A stretch of DNA of 64,000 nucleotides from contig JAZNKJ010000009.1 in the NCBI GenBank assembly GCA_045578465.1, positions 14,881 to 78,880 on the forward strand. The letters are read 5' to 3'. The notes beneath the pieces were generated by a model. The model did no database searches. It had not been told where the DNA came from and saw nothing but the letters and a program-made list of their open reading frames with translations. The stretch comes from Clostridia bacterium (GTDB lineage Bacteria; Bacillota; Clostridia; Monoglobales; Monoglobaceae). A program made the position numbers and the translations under genes. Shown piece by piece: positions 37,628-47,183 of the stretch (the first letter of the stretch is position 1; each line of letters begins with the position of its first letter).

Positions 37628-40084
37628 ATGGCAAAAAAGATGACAAAAGCGGAGTATACGGCGCAAAAAGAGCAAATCAAAAGCGCTGTTGCAGGAAAGC
37701 TCCGCAGACACTACGCGAAAACTTTTGAAAACGCAACCCCTGCCCAGATTTATAAGGCTTGTGCAAGCGTTGTTCAGGATACAATTATGGAGAAATGGGC
37801 GCTTTCAAGAGAGAGACTTGAAAACGGCCACGAAAAAGAGCTTTATTATCTCTCTTTTGAGTTTTTAATGGGTAGAGCTCTCGGTAATAACCTTATAAAC
37901 ATTTTGCAAATGGATGTGTATAGGGACGCCCTCTCTGAATGCGGTCTTGACCTTGCTCAGATTGAAGAAGTTGAAAATGATGCAGGACTTGGAAACGGTG
38001 GTTTAGGACGACTTGCGGCTTGTTTCTTAGACTCTCTTTCAACTCTTGAAATTCCTGCATTCGGTTGCGGAATAAGATATGAATATGGTCTCTTCCGCCA
38101 GAAAATCGTTGACGGCTACCAGACAGAAATGCCTGACCCGTGGCTTGAAGACGGAAACGCATGGGAAGTTGAACGCCCTGAGGATCAGGTTGAAGTTCAC
38201 TATAACGGAAGAATTGAAGAATATTTTGAAGACGGAAAAATGAAGTTCCGCCACACCGACTATAACACAGTTATTGGTATGCCTTATGATATGCCGATTT
38301 CAGGCTTTGACTCAAAGCTTGTTAACACATTAAGACTCTGGAAAGCCCGCTCTCCTCAGGTTATCAATATGAGCGAGTTTAACCGTGGGGACTATGCAAT
38401 GGCTATGAAGGATAAAGAGCTTGCGGAAGTGGTTTCTAAAATCCTTTATCCAGAGGATAACCACTATGAAGGAAAACTTTTAAGACTTAAACAGCAGTAT
38501 TTCTTCGTGTCTGCAACAATCCAGTGGATTTTAAAGAAGCAAAAGCGCAGAGGCCACTCCCTCTATGAACTTCCGAAGTATGTGCAAATTCATATAAACG
38601 ATACCCACCCAACTCTTGCAATTCCTGAGCTTATGCGAATTTTGATGGACGAAGAAGGCTTTGGTTGGGACGAGGCATGGGATGTTGCAACAAAAACCTT
38701 TGCTTATACAAACCATACAATCTTAACAGAAGCATTAGAAAGATGGCCGGTTTCAATGTTTGAAACCCTTCTTCCGAGAATTCTCCAGATTGTCCGTGAA
38801 ATTGACAGAAGACAAAGAGAAAATTTAAGAAATACTTTCGGGGACGACCACGGCAAGATTGAATATATGGCGGTTATATCTAACGGAAATGTTAATATGG
38901 CAAATATGTGTATGACAACCTGCCACAGCATAAATGGTGTTGCGGCTCTCCATACAGAGATTCTTAAAAAGGAAACATTTAAGGATTATTACAGCATCTA
39001 TCCTGATAAGTTCAAGAATGTAACAAACGGCGTAACTCCAAGAAGATGGCTCTATAAGGCAAATCCGGCTCTTGCTTCTCTTATAACCGACGCAATCGGG
39101 GATAAGTGGATTAAGAAAGCGGAAAATCTTGAAAAGCTTATGCCTTTTGCCGATGACAGCGCATTTTGTGAGAAGTTTGACAAGATTAAGAATGACAATA
39201 AGATTGTTCTTGCAAACTATATTAAAGAGCATAACGGAATTACAGTTGACCCAAGCTCATTATTTGATGTGCAGATTAAGAGACTTCACGAATATAAGCG
39301 TCAGCTCCTTAAAGTTATGCATATTATCTATCGCTATAAGATGATAACCGAAAATCCGTCTCAGGCATCTATGCTCCCTGAAACATTCATTTTCGGGGCA
39401 AAGGCGGCGCCTGGTTATCATGCGGCAAAGCTTATTATCAAGCTTATCAATAATGTTGCTGAGGTTGTTAACAACGACCCGAGAACAAAGGACATTTTAA
39501 AGGTTGTTTTCATTGAGAATTACAGCGTTTCAATAGCCGAGAAAATCGTTGCGGCGGCAAACCTTTCCGAGCAGATTTCAACTGCGTCCAAAGAGGCAAG
39601 CGGAACAGGTAATATGAAGCTTATGCTTAACGGTGCGCTGACAATCGGAACAATGGACGGCGCTAATGTTGAAATTGCAGAGAGAGTGGGACTTGATAAT
39701 ATTTATATCTTCGGCCTTTCCTCTGATGAGGTTCTCTCAATTTATGCATCAGGGCACAGCCCAAGCCCTGCAATTTATTCTGAGAATATGGTTATAAAAT
39801 CAATTGTGGATTCCCTTATTGACGGAACATTCTCCAAAGATAAGCAAAACCTCTTTAACGATATTTACCACGAGCTTGTGTTCGGCAGAGGAAACTTTGC
39901 AGACCAGTATCTCTTGCTCCGTGACTTTGAATCTTATCTCAATGCAAGCCATAAGGTTGCAAAAGAATTCGTTCAGCCTGAGATTTGGAACAAGAAAGCG
40001 GTTATCAATGTTTCCAAGGCAGGATTTTTCTCCTCCGACAGATCCATCGAAGACTATAACCGAGACATCTGGCATTTAAGATAA
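37628..40084 (+). CDS. glgP: glycogen/alpha-glucan phosphorylase
   Basis: The ATG at 37628 follows AAAGGTGA. GT35 motifs are present (GLGNGGLGRLAACFLDS, EASGTGNMKLMLNGALT with the PLP lysine). Confidence 0.94.
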   Translation: MAKKMTKAEYTAQKEQIKSAVAGKLRRHYAKTFENATPAQIYKACASVVQDTIMEKWALSRERLENGHEKELYYLSFEFLMGRALGNNLINILQMDVYRDALSECGLDLAQIEEVENDAGLGNGGLGRLAACFLDSLSTLEIPAFGCGIRYEYGLFRQKIVDGYQTEMPDPWLEDGNAWEVERPEDQVEVHYNGRIEEYFEDGKMKFRHTDYNTVIGMPYDMPISGFDSKLVNTLRLWKARSPQVINMSEFNRGDYAMAMKDKELAEVVSKILYPEDNHYEGKLLRLKQQYFFVSATIQWILKKQKRRGHSLYELPKYVQIHINDTHPTLAIPELMRILMDEEGFGWDEAWDVATKTFAYTNHTILTEALERWPVSMFETLLPRILQIVREIDRRQRENLRNTFGDDHGKIEYMAVISNGNVNMANMCMTTCHSINGVAALHTEILKKETFKDYYSIYPDKFKNVTNGVTPRRWLYKANPALASLITDAIGDKWIKKAENLEKLMPFADDSAFCEKFDKIKNDNKIVLANYIKEHNGITVDPSSLFDVQIKRLHEYKRQLLKVMHIIYRYKMITENPSQASMLPETFIFGAKAAPGYHAAKLIIKLINNVAEVVNNDPRTKDILKVVFIENYSVSIAEKIVAAANLSEQISTASKEASGTGNMKLMLNGALTIGTMDGANVEIAERVGLDNIYIFGLSSDEVLSIYASGHSPSPAIYSENMVIKSIVDSLIDGTFSKDKQNLFNDIYHELVFGRGNFADQYLLLRDFESYLNASHKVAKEFVQPEIWNKKAVINVSKAGFFSSDRSIEDYNRDIWHLR

Positions 40085-40086
40085 TT

Positions 40087-40118
40087 AAAAAGACCTTGCA
40101 ACTGCAAGGTCTTTTATT
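40087..40118. terminator. bidirectional terminator between glgP and malQ
   Basis: Stem AAGACCTT/AAGGTCTT with loop GCAACTGC, flanked by A and T runs. Confidence 0.7.
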
Positions 40119-40119
40119 T

Positions 40120-41604
40120 TTATATTCTTCCGAAACGGGCGGATGTGTCATAAATCTTTTTTGCCAGAGGGAAAGTAAGAAGCTCTTTCTTAACTCGCCA
40201 TTGCCAGTTGTTTCCCGTTGTGGCAGGAGTGTTTATCCTCGCCTCATCCCCCAGCTTTAAATAGTCCGAAAGGGGAACAATGCAAAGCTTCGCCTGACTT
40301 CTCATGATAAGAGCAATAAGAGGGTCAACAAGAATTTCTCTCGGGGCGTTATCTACGCAAAGATACTCGCAAACCGCCTTAAAATCTTCATCACTAAGGT
40401 TTTTAAGCCAGGATAGGAGAGTTTCGTTGTCGTGGGTCCCTGTGTATGCCACGCAATTTTCGGGGTAATTGTGAGGGAGATAGTCGTTTTTAAAACCGGT
40501 ATCTCTTGAATCAAATGCGAATTCAATAACTTTTATCCCTGCAAAACCGCTGTCTTTTAAAAGCTGTTTAACCTCAGGGGTTATAAAACCTAAATCCTCT
40601 GCAATAACATTTTTCTCTCCCAAAACCTTTTCCATCTCTAAAAAGAGCTCCATCCCCGGCCCTTTTTCCCACTTACCGATTGTTGCGTCGGGATTTCCAT
40701 AGGGGATTGAATAGTAAGCCTCAAAACCTCGGAAATGGTCAATTCGAAGACAGTCAAAAAGCTTAAAGGAATGGTCAAGACGCTTCATCCACCAGAAATA
40801 GTTTTCCTTTTTGTGAGTTTTCCAGTCATAAAGGGGGTTCCCCCAAAGCTGACCCAAAGGAGAAAAGGCATCAGGAGGGCATCCTGCAACGGCGATTGGA
40901 GTGCGGTCTTCTTCCAACTGAAAAAGCTGTGGGTTTGCCCAGACATCCGCGCTGTCCATTGAAGCGTAAATCGGAAGATCGCCGATTATTAAAATGCCTT
41001 TTTCGTTTGCGTATTTTTTAAGTGCTTTCCACTGAGAAGAAAATTCAAATTGTAAGAAACACCAGAAGTTCATCTCGTCTGAAAGATCGCTCTGATATTT
41101 TAAGAGGGCAGAAGGCTCTCTTCTTTTTATGTCCTCATCCCATAAAAGCCATTCTTTTCCGCCGTAGCGCCCTTTGATTGCCATAAAAAGAGCATAGTCT
41201 AAGAGCCAATAGGAATTTTCTCTTTTGAAGGTTTCAAAGTCCTCATCAGGGACAAATCTTGAATAGGCCTTTCTCAAAAGAGGATAGCGGTTATTATACT
41301 GTTTTTCATAGTCAACATAATTTTCGTCTGTGCCAAAGTCGCAAAAGTCACATTCCTCACGGGAGAGGAGCTTCTTTTCTATGAGCGTGTCAAGGCTTAT
41401 CATATAAGGATTTCCGGCAAAAGAGGAAGGAGACTGATAAGGGGAGTCGCCGTAGCTGGTCTGCCCTAAGGGGAGAATTTGCCAATAACTCTGCCCTGAC
41501 AAAGATAAAAAGTCAACAAACTCATAAGCACTTTTGGAAAAACAGCCTATACCGTATTTTGACGGCAGAGAAGTTATTGGTAGTAAAACACCTGCTTTTT
41601 TCAT
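40120..41604 (-). CDS. malQ: 4-alpha-glucanotransferase (amylomaltase)
   Basis: 494-aa ORF. GVLLPITSLPS.. and GH77 regions (IIGDLPIY, RIDHFRGF, IAEDLG, TGTHDN). Confidence 0.94.
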   Translation of the reverse strand: MKKAGVLLPITSLPSKYGIGCFSKSAYEFVDFLSLSGQSYWQILPLGQTSYGDSPYQSPSSFAGNPYMISLDTLIEKKLLSREECDFCDFGTDENYVDYEKQYNNRYPLLRKAYSRFVPDEDFETFKRENSYWLLDYALFMAIKGRYGGKEWLLWDEDIKRREPSALLKYQSDLSDEMNFWCFLQFEFSSQWKALKKYANEKGILIIGDLPIYASMDSADVWANPQLFQLEEDRTPIAVAGCPPDAFSPLGQLWGNPLYDWKTHKKENYFWWMKRLDHSFKLFDCLRIDHFRGFEAYYSIPYGNPDATIGKWEKGPGMELFLEMEKVLGEKNVIAEDLGFITPEVKQLLKDSGFAGIKVIEFAFDSRDTGFKNDYLPHNYPENCVAYTGTHDNETLLSWLKNLSDEDFKAVCEYLCVDNAPREILVDPLIALIMRSQAKLCIVPLSDYLKLGDEARINTPATTGNNWQWRVKKELLTFPLAKKIYDTSARFGRI

Positions 41605-41622
41605 TTTTGCCTCCTTGTTAAT

Positions 41623-42450
41623 TTAAAGCTCGCCATCTGCCACAATTAAAACTCCGCAGTGGTCCGAAACTTTTTTGGTATCTTTCCCGTCAAATAGGAC
41701 CTTTGATGAGAAAACTTTAATATTATGATTTGAAAATATATAGTCAATCCGTTTGTCTTTTTTGTTGTGACTCCAACCGTCAATTTTTCCAAAGACGGTT
41801 GCGCCTTCGTCCTTTTCCTTTGCTAAGGAATAAGTGTCAAGCCAGCCTGATTTTAAGATTTCGCTGTATGCTCCGCTCTCTTCTGAGGAGGGTGCATTGA
41901 AATCTCCCATAAGAAAAATGTTTTCATCGCTTTTCGGAGAAAGGTGGTGGTTAAGACTTTCAAGCTGATAGGAAAAAGGCTCTTCACTATCGCCCATCCA
42001 ACCCGTGTGAACACAGCAGAAAATCTTATTCCCGATTTTAACGGACAATGCCTTGCGGGTACGAAAATTCTTATAGTCCGTGCCCTTTGAAATATAGAAA
42101 GATTTTATTTCCTCAAAGGGAGTTTTAGAAAAAAGCGAGAGACCTTCGTCAAATTTTTCATATCCGCACTTTATCCCTGCCCAGGTGAAAAAATAATTTT
42201 CTCCCTGTTCTTTAAGGATTTTTGCAATTTTTAAAGCATGATTGTCGATTTTAAGGGGAATGAAGTTATCCCCTTTTATAAAACCGAAAGTTTCGGGCGA
42301 GGGACAAAGGGGAGAATTAACCCCCTGATTGACCTCTTGAAGTGCAATAACATCAGGTTTTATTTTAACAATTTCTTCGGCAAAAATCAAGCACTTTTTT
42401 TCATATTCTTCTTCAATAAGACTGTGGGTGTTAAGAGTTAAAAGCTTCAT
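41623..42450 (-). CDS. endonuclease/exonuclease/phosphatase family protein, MapP-like (putative maltose 6'-phosphate phosphatase)
   Basis: 275-aa ORF with EEP-fold motifs (LLTLNTHS.., ALQEVNQ, GDFN, SDHCGV). It lies immediately downstream of a glucose/maltose-family PTS gene, as mapP does in Enterococcus faecalis. Confidence 0.6.
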   Translation of the reverse strand: MKLLTLNTHSLIEEEYEKKCLIFAEEIVKIKPDVIALQEVNQGVNSPLCPSPETFGFIKGDNFIPLKIDNHALKIAKILKEQGENYFFTWAGIKCGYEKFDEGLSLFSKTPFEEIKSFYISKGTDYKNFRTRKALSVKIGNKIFCCVHTGWMGDSEEPFSYQLESLNHHLSPKSDENIFLMGDFNAPSSEESGAYSEILKSGWLDTYSLAKEKDEGATVFGKIDGWSHNKKDKRIDYIFSNHNIKVFSSKVLFDGKDTKKVSDHCGVLIVADGEL

Positions 42451-42451
42451 A

Positions 42452-44578
42452 TTAAAGAATATCGTTAATGTCGGACTTTAAAATGTCCGCCTGAGGCCCG
42501 TAAACCGCCTGAACTCCCGTTCCCTTAACGAAAAGTCCGAGAGCGCCTTCTTTTTTCCACTCTTTAAGAGGAGCGACCTTTTCGGGATCTTTAACGGTTA
42601 TCCGAAGCCTTGTCATACAGGCGTCAACCAGAGAAATGTTTTCCCTGCCTCCTAAGAGCGCAATAATTCGCTCTGCCTTGTCGTTTTTCTTTTCTTCTTT
42701 ATCGTTTGGAACTTCCTCTAAGGGTGCGTCGGTGTAATTTCCCATTCGCCCCGGAGTTGCATAGCCTAGTTTTCCTATCATATAGTATGCAACAAAATAG
42801 CCAACGGCGAAGAAAAGAATTGTAACTAAAACAAAGTTTATGATGTCTCCTAAAAGTCCTGCGTTTATTGACATAGGGAGCCTTGTTAAAAGCTCAATGT
42901 TCCCGAAAGAGTGAAGCCTTAAATTTATAATTCCAGCCGAGGCAAAGGCAATTCCTTGCAAAACAGAATAGACAATATAAAGAGGGATTGCGCAGAACAT
43001 AAACATAAATTCAAGAGGCTCTGTTACTCCCGTTAAGAATACCGCAAGTCCTGATGAGAGGAACATTGATTTATATTTGCTTCGCTTGTCTTTATCAACT
43101 CGGCGATACATGGCAAGACCAACCCCTAAAAGAAGACCTGACGAGCCAATCATCTGCCCCACCTTAAATCTTGCAGGGGTAATTCCGTTTAAGAGCGCGG
43201 TGTATGACGCTGTGTCCCCCGCGTTTTTAAAGCCGATAAGGTCAGAAATCCAGGCAAGCCAGAGAGGGTCCTGACCGAAAACAGTTGTGCCCGCGCTGGC
43301 TCCCGTCTGAATTATATAAGTTCCGCCGAAAGAGGTGTAGTTCATTGGGATTGTAAGCATATGATGAAGCCCGAAGGGGAGAAGAAGACGCTCTAATGTT
43401 CCGTAAATAAATGGCGCAAGGATTGGGGAAGTGTCTGCCGAAGATGCAATCCAAAGGCCGAATTTGTTAATCCCCATCTGGATAAAGGGCCAGATAATAG
43501 AAAGGATTAAAGATGCAAGAACCGAATAGAAAATAACAACCAAGGGAACAAATCGTTTACCGTTAAAGAATGACAAAACATCAGGGAGAGAACGGAAATT
43601 ATAGTATTTATTATAGACAATTCCGCCCAAGAAACCTGAAATAATACCAACGAAAACACCCATATTAAGGGCAGGAGAACCAAGAACGGAAGTGAAATAA
43701 CCGTTAACTAAAATCTCCTGACCGAAAAGGGTCTTTGTTGTGGCATCAGGATTTGCCAGCATATCTGCCGTAACGCCGAAAATGTTTCCCGTTATATTAT
43801 TTATGAGGATAAATGCAAGAAGTGCCGCGAAAGCTCCTCCTGCTCGTTCCTTTGCCCAGGACCCACCAATTGCCACAGCGAAAAGAATATGCAGGTTTCC
43901 TATAATCGCCCAGCCGATGTTTTCAAGGATACTGCCAATGCGTAAAACAATGGAGGTGTCGCCCCCCGACATTGAGATAAGCTTTCCTATACTTATCATA
44001 ATTCCTGCCGCAGGCATAACGGCAATAACCACCATTAAAACCTTTCCAAGCTTTTGCAAAAAGTCAAAAACTTTGCCCTTGCCTGCTCCCTTTGTGGAAA
44101 CTTCTTCCGAGGGGAGAGAAACAGTAAAAAGGGTTTCCTTTGGTTTTTTAAGAGAGTCGCTTGCAGGTTTTATTTCTGCACCCTCAGGGAGATTGCAGAC
44201 AATAACAGGGGTTATGGGATTTATATTGTTGTTTTTAAGAATGCTAAGGTCAACCTCTGCGATAAGGTCACCTGCTTTAACCTTGTCCCCCTCTTTTTTA
44301 AAGACCGTAAAGCCTTTCCCTTCAAGAGAAACTGTTTCAAGGCCAACATGAATTAAAACTTCAAGGCCATTATCCCCCGTAAAGCTGAATGCGTGCTTTG
44401 TGCTTGCGATATTGGTAAGCTCCCCGTCAACAGGGCTTAAAATCTTTCCGTCTTTGGGGATAATCGCAACCCCGTCTCCCAAAATCTTTTCCGAAAAGGT
44501 GGAGTCAGGGACTTTTTCAAGAGGAACAATTTCCCCGAAAAGGGGTGCCAAAACTTTTGGTATTTTTTTATCTTTCAT
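42452..44578 (-). CDS. PTS transporter, glucose/maltose family, domain order EIIA-EIIC-EIIB
   Basis: 708-aa ORF. N-terminal EIIA-Glc (TKHAF.., LIHVGLETVSLEGKGF), a central polytopic EIIC, and C-terminal EIIB (LVDACMTRLRITV). Confidence 0.88.
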   Translation of the reverse strand: MKDKKIPKVLAPLFGEIVPLEKVPDSTFSEKILGDGVAIIPKDGKILSPVDGELTNIASTKHAFSFTGDNGLEVLIHVGLETVSLEGKGFTVFKKEGDKVKAGDLIAEVDLSILKNNNINPITPVIVCNLPEGAEIKPASDSLKKPKETLFTVSLPSEEVSTKGAGKGKVFDFLQKLGKVLMVVIAVMPAAGIMISIGKLISMSGGDTSIVLRIGSILENIGWAIIGNLHILFAVAIGGSWAKERAGGAFAALLAFILINNITGNIFGVTADMLANPDATTKTLFGQEILVNGYFTSVLGSPALNMGVFVGIISGFLGGIVYNKYYNFRSLPDVLSFFNGKRFVPLVVIFYSVLASLILSIIWPFIQMGINKFGLWIASSADTSPILAPFIYGTLERLLLPFGLHHMLTIPMNYTSFGGTYIIQTGASAGTTVFGQDPLWLAWISDLIGFKNAGDTASYTALLNGITPARFKVGQMIGSSGLLLGVGLAMYRRVDKDKRSKYKSMFLSSGLAVFLTGVTEPLEFMFMFCAIPLYIVYSVLQGIAFASAGIINLRLHSFGNIELLTRLPMSINAGLLGDIINFVLVTILFFAVGYFVAYYMIGKLGYATPGRMGNYTDAPLEEVPNDKEEKKNDKAERIIALLGGRENISLVDACMTRLRITVKDPEKVAPLKEWKKEGALGLFVKGTGVQAVYGPQADILKSDINDIL

Positions 44579-46847
44579 TCTTTTCGTTCCTTTCTTTTAG
44601 GTGCCATATATCTTCGTTATATTCTCTTATTGTTCTGTCTGAGGAGAAATATGAGGCACCGCTGATATTATAAAGCATTTTCTCTGCCCAAGCGAGGCGG
44701 TCTTCGTAGTCTGAAAGCGCCTTATCCTTGGTTTTTTTATAGCTTTCAAAATCGGGGAAGGTCATAAAATAATCTTTCTTCAAAAGCTCGTTTTTAAGAC
44801 GGGTAAGAGACTTTTCGTCCCCGATTTTCTTCATTTTTTCGTCGGTAATAAAGTCTATGCACCGTTTAAGGTCAGGGTTTTTAAGATAATAACTTTCGGG
44901 ATTATAGTTTTTCTGTTTATAGCGGAGAAGCACCGTCTTGCTGTCTTCGCCGAAAATATAAATGTTGTCCTCTCCGACAATTTTATGAATTTCAACATTG
45001 GCTCCGTCCATTGTTCCGAGGGTTATAGCGCCGCCAAGCATAAGCTTCATATTTCCCGTTCCGCTTGCCTCCTTTGATGCAAGAGAAATCTGTTCGGAAA
45101 TGTCGCAGGCAGGGATAAGCTTTTCCGCTATTGTTACATTATAGTTTTCCACCATAACGACTTTAAGATGAGGAGATACGGTTTTGTCAGCTTCTATAAG
45201 CTTTCCAAGGCAAAGAATAAGATGAATAATGTCCTTTGCAATGGTGTAGGCAGGAGCCGCCTTTGCCCCGAAGATTGCCGTTATGGGGCGGAGAGGGAGC
45301 TTTCCCTCCTTAATCTCAAAATACTTATCAATGAGATAGAGGGCGTTAAGCTGTTGCCTCTTATATTCGTGAAGTCTTTTGATTTGCATATCAAAAACGG
45401 AATTTTCGTTAAGCTCTATTTTTTGAGTTTTATAAAGATAGTCGCAAAGGCGTTTTTTGTTTTCCCGTTTTATCTCTAAAAGGCGGTTTAAGAATTTCTC
45501 GTCCTTCGCATAGTCTTTAAGCTTTTTAAGCTCAGCAGGGTCCTTTTTAAAGCCGTTTCCGATTTTGTCTTCAATCAGGTCGCAAAGAGGCTTGTTTGAG
45601 CTTAAAAGCCAGCGGCGAAAGGTTATGCCGTTAGTCTTGTTATTGAATTTGTCGGGGTAGATTTTATAGAAAGAGGAAAGCTCGTTCTCTTTTAGGATAG
45701 AAGTGTGAAGAGAAGCCACCCCGTTTACACTGAACGAATAATGAATATCCATATTTGCCATATGAACTCTGTCCTCTTTGTCGATTATATAAACCGTTTC
45801 ATCAGAAAACTTTCTTCGCACCCGATTATCTAAAACCTCAATAATCGGAACAATCTGCGGAGCGACCTCTTTTAAAAATGAGATGTCCCATTTTTCAAGA
45901 GCCTCTGCCAGAATGGTGTGGTTGGTGTAGGCAACAGTTTTTGAAACTGCCAAAATTGCATCGTCTATGGTAAGGCCTTTTTCCATTAAAAGACGGATAA
46001 GCTCAGGGATAATCATTGAGGGATGAGTGTCGTTAATCTGGATTACGGCGTAGTCGGAAAGGTCGTAAAGCTTGCACCCTTTTTCTATGCACTCGTCTAA
46101 GATAAGCTGAGCGGCGCAGCTTACCATAAAATACTGCTGATAAACCCGAAGTAGCCGACCTTTATCATCGCTGTCGTCAGGATAGAGAAAAAGAGTAAGG
46201 TTTCTCTTAATGTCCTCTTTGTCAAAGTCAATCCCCTTTTTGACGAGGCTTTCATCAATGGTTGGGGTGTCAAAAAGGCGGAGAGTGTTAACCCCTCCCA
46301 TATAGCCGATAATGTCAAGATTTAAAAGACGGGCAGAAACAGAAAAATCCTTAAAAGAAACGGTATAGGATTTGTTTTCTCCTTCTGAAAAACCTGATGC
46401 GTCAAGCCAGGGATTTACTTCTTCGGTCTGTTTGCTGTCTTTAAAGACCTGTTTGAAAAGGCCAAAGTGATAGCAAAGACCGATTCCATCTCCGCATAGG
46501 TTTAAGGTGGCGATGGAGTCTAAAAAGCAGGCGGCAAGTCGGCCAAGACCGCCGTTTCCTAGTGATGGCTCTGCCTCCATTTCTTCAAATTTTTCAATGT
46601 CTAACCCGTTTTTTGAAAGAAAGTCGCGGATTTCTTCGTAGATGCCAAGATTTAAAAGGTTGTTGGTTAAAAGCCTCCCCAGAAGAAATTCCGCCGAAAC
46701 ATAATAGAGCTTTTTCTTAGTCTCCTTTGTCCTTTTCTCTTTCGCAAGATGCTTAATTGTCTTAACCAAGGCAAAATAGATTTCACTGTCCGTGCAGGAA
46801 GAAATGTCTTTTTCCAAAAAGTTTTTAAAAAGGTCTGTTGCCCTCAT
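44568..46847 (-). CDS. alpha-glucan (maltodextrin/glycogen) phosphorylase, second paralog
   Basis: The ATG at 46847 follows GGAAAGGAA; the track start at 46889 has no RBS. GT35 motifs are present (SLGNGGLGRLAACFLDS, EASGTGNMKLMLGGAIT). The 3' end overlaps the PTS start by 11 nt. Confidence 0.9.
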   Translation of the reverse strand: MRATDLFKNFLEKDISSCTDSEIYFALVKTIKHLAKEKRTKETKKKLYYVSAEFLLGRLLTNNLLNLGIYEEIRDFLSKNGLDIEKFEEMEAEPSLGNGGLGRLAACFLDSIATLNLCGDGIGLCYHFGLFKQVFKDSKQTEEVNPWLDASGFSEGENKSYTVSFKDFSVSARLLNLDIIGYMGGVNTLRLFDTPTIDESLVKKGIDFDKEDIKRNLTLFLYPDDSDDKGRLLRVYQQYFMVSCAAQLILDECIEKGCKLYDLSDYAVIQINDTHPSMIIPELIRLLMEKGLTIDDAILAVSKTVAYTNHTILAEALEKWDISFLKEVAPQIVPIIEVLDNRVRRKFSDETVYIIDKEDRVHMANMDIHYSFSVNGVASLHTSILKENELSSFYKIYPDKFNNKTNGITFRRWLLSSNKPLCDLIEDKIGNGFKKDPAELKKLKDYAKDEKFLNRLLEIKRENKKRLCDYLYKTQKIELNENSVFDMQIKRLHEYKRQQLNALYLIDKYFEIKEGKLPLRPITAIFGAKAAPAYTIAKDIIHLILCLGKLIEADKTVSPHLKVVMVENYNVTIAEKLIPACDISEQISLASKEASGTGNMKLMLGGAITLGTMDGANVEIHKIVGEDNIYIFGEDSKTVLLRYKQKNYNPESYYLKNPDLKRCIDFITDEKMKKIGDEKSLTRLKNELLKKDYFMTFPDFESYKKTKDKALSDYEDRLAWAEKMLYNISGASYFSSDRTIREYNEDIWHLKERNEKNER

Positions 46848-46920
46848 AAAAATCGTTCCTTTCCATTTTATTAAGGTTATTATTGACAAATATGAGAAAA
46901 TTCATTCTTTTGGGCAACAA

Positions 46921-47140
46921 AATGGGATAAGAAAAAACTCCGGACCGCAAAAATACTGGAATATAAAAACAAAAAGGCAATATCCTTTTGATTTTAGTTT
47001 TAAAGATGAAGAAAAACCGAAAGGGTTCGGTTTTTCAAATTTAAATTGTATTTTTGCTATGAACAAACTTCGCCTTTCGCAGTATCTGTATACGGCTTCG
47101 GACTCAGTTTGCCCATTCCAAAGATTTTTCTTATCCCATT
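46921..47140. repeat. 16-bp perfect inverted repeat bracketing a 188-bp non-coding segment
   Basis: AATGGGATAAGAAAAA at 46921..46936 and its exact reverse complement TTTTTCTTATCCCATT at 47125..47140. The interior contains a terminator-like hairpin (AAAAACCGAA-AGGG-TTCGGTTTTT, about 47008..47032) and the 24-nt motif also found at 16466. Confidence 0.8.
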
Positions 47141-47169
47141 AAAAAAAGCCACTCCAATTTGGAGTGGCT
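47141..47169 (-). terminator. intrinsic terminator of gap
   Basis: Stem AGCCACTCC/GGAGTGGCT with a U7 run on the minus strand. Confidence 0.75.
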
Positions 47170-47183
47170 TTAAGTTTTAAATA

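Noticed and set aside
43740-44351. Long antisense ORFs inside well-supported genes (203 aa here; also 10317..10763, 16613..17044, 47661..48065, 17440..17793, 38825..39232).
   Set aside because: They lie fully within and opposite to strongly conserved genes. They are Ser/Pro/Arg/Leu-rich shadow frames without an RBS, which is typical of spurious ORFs.
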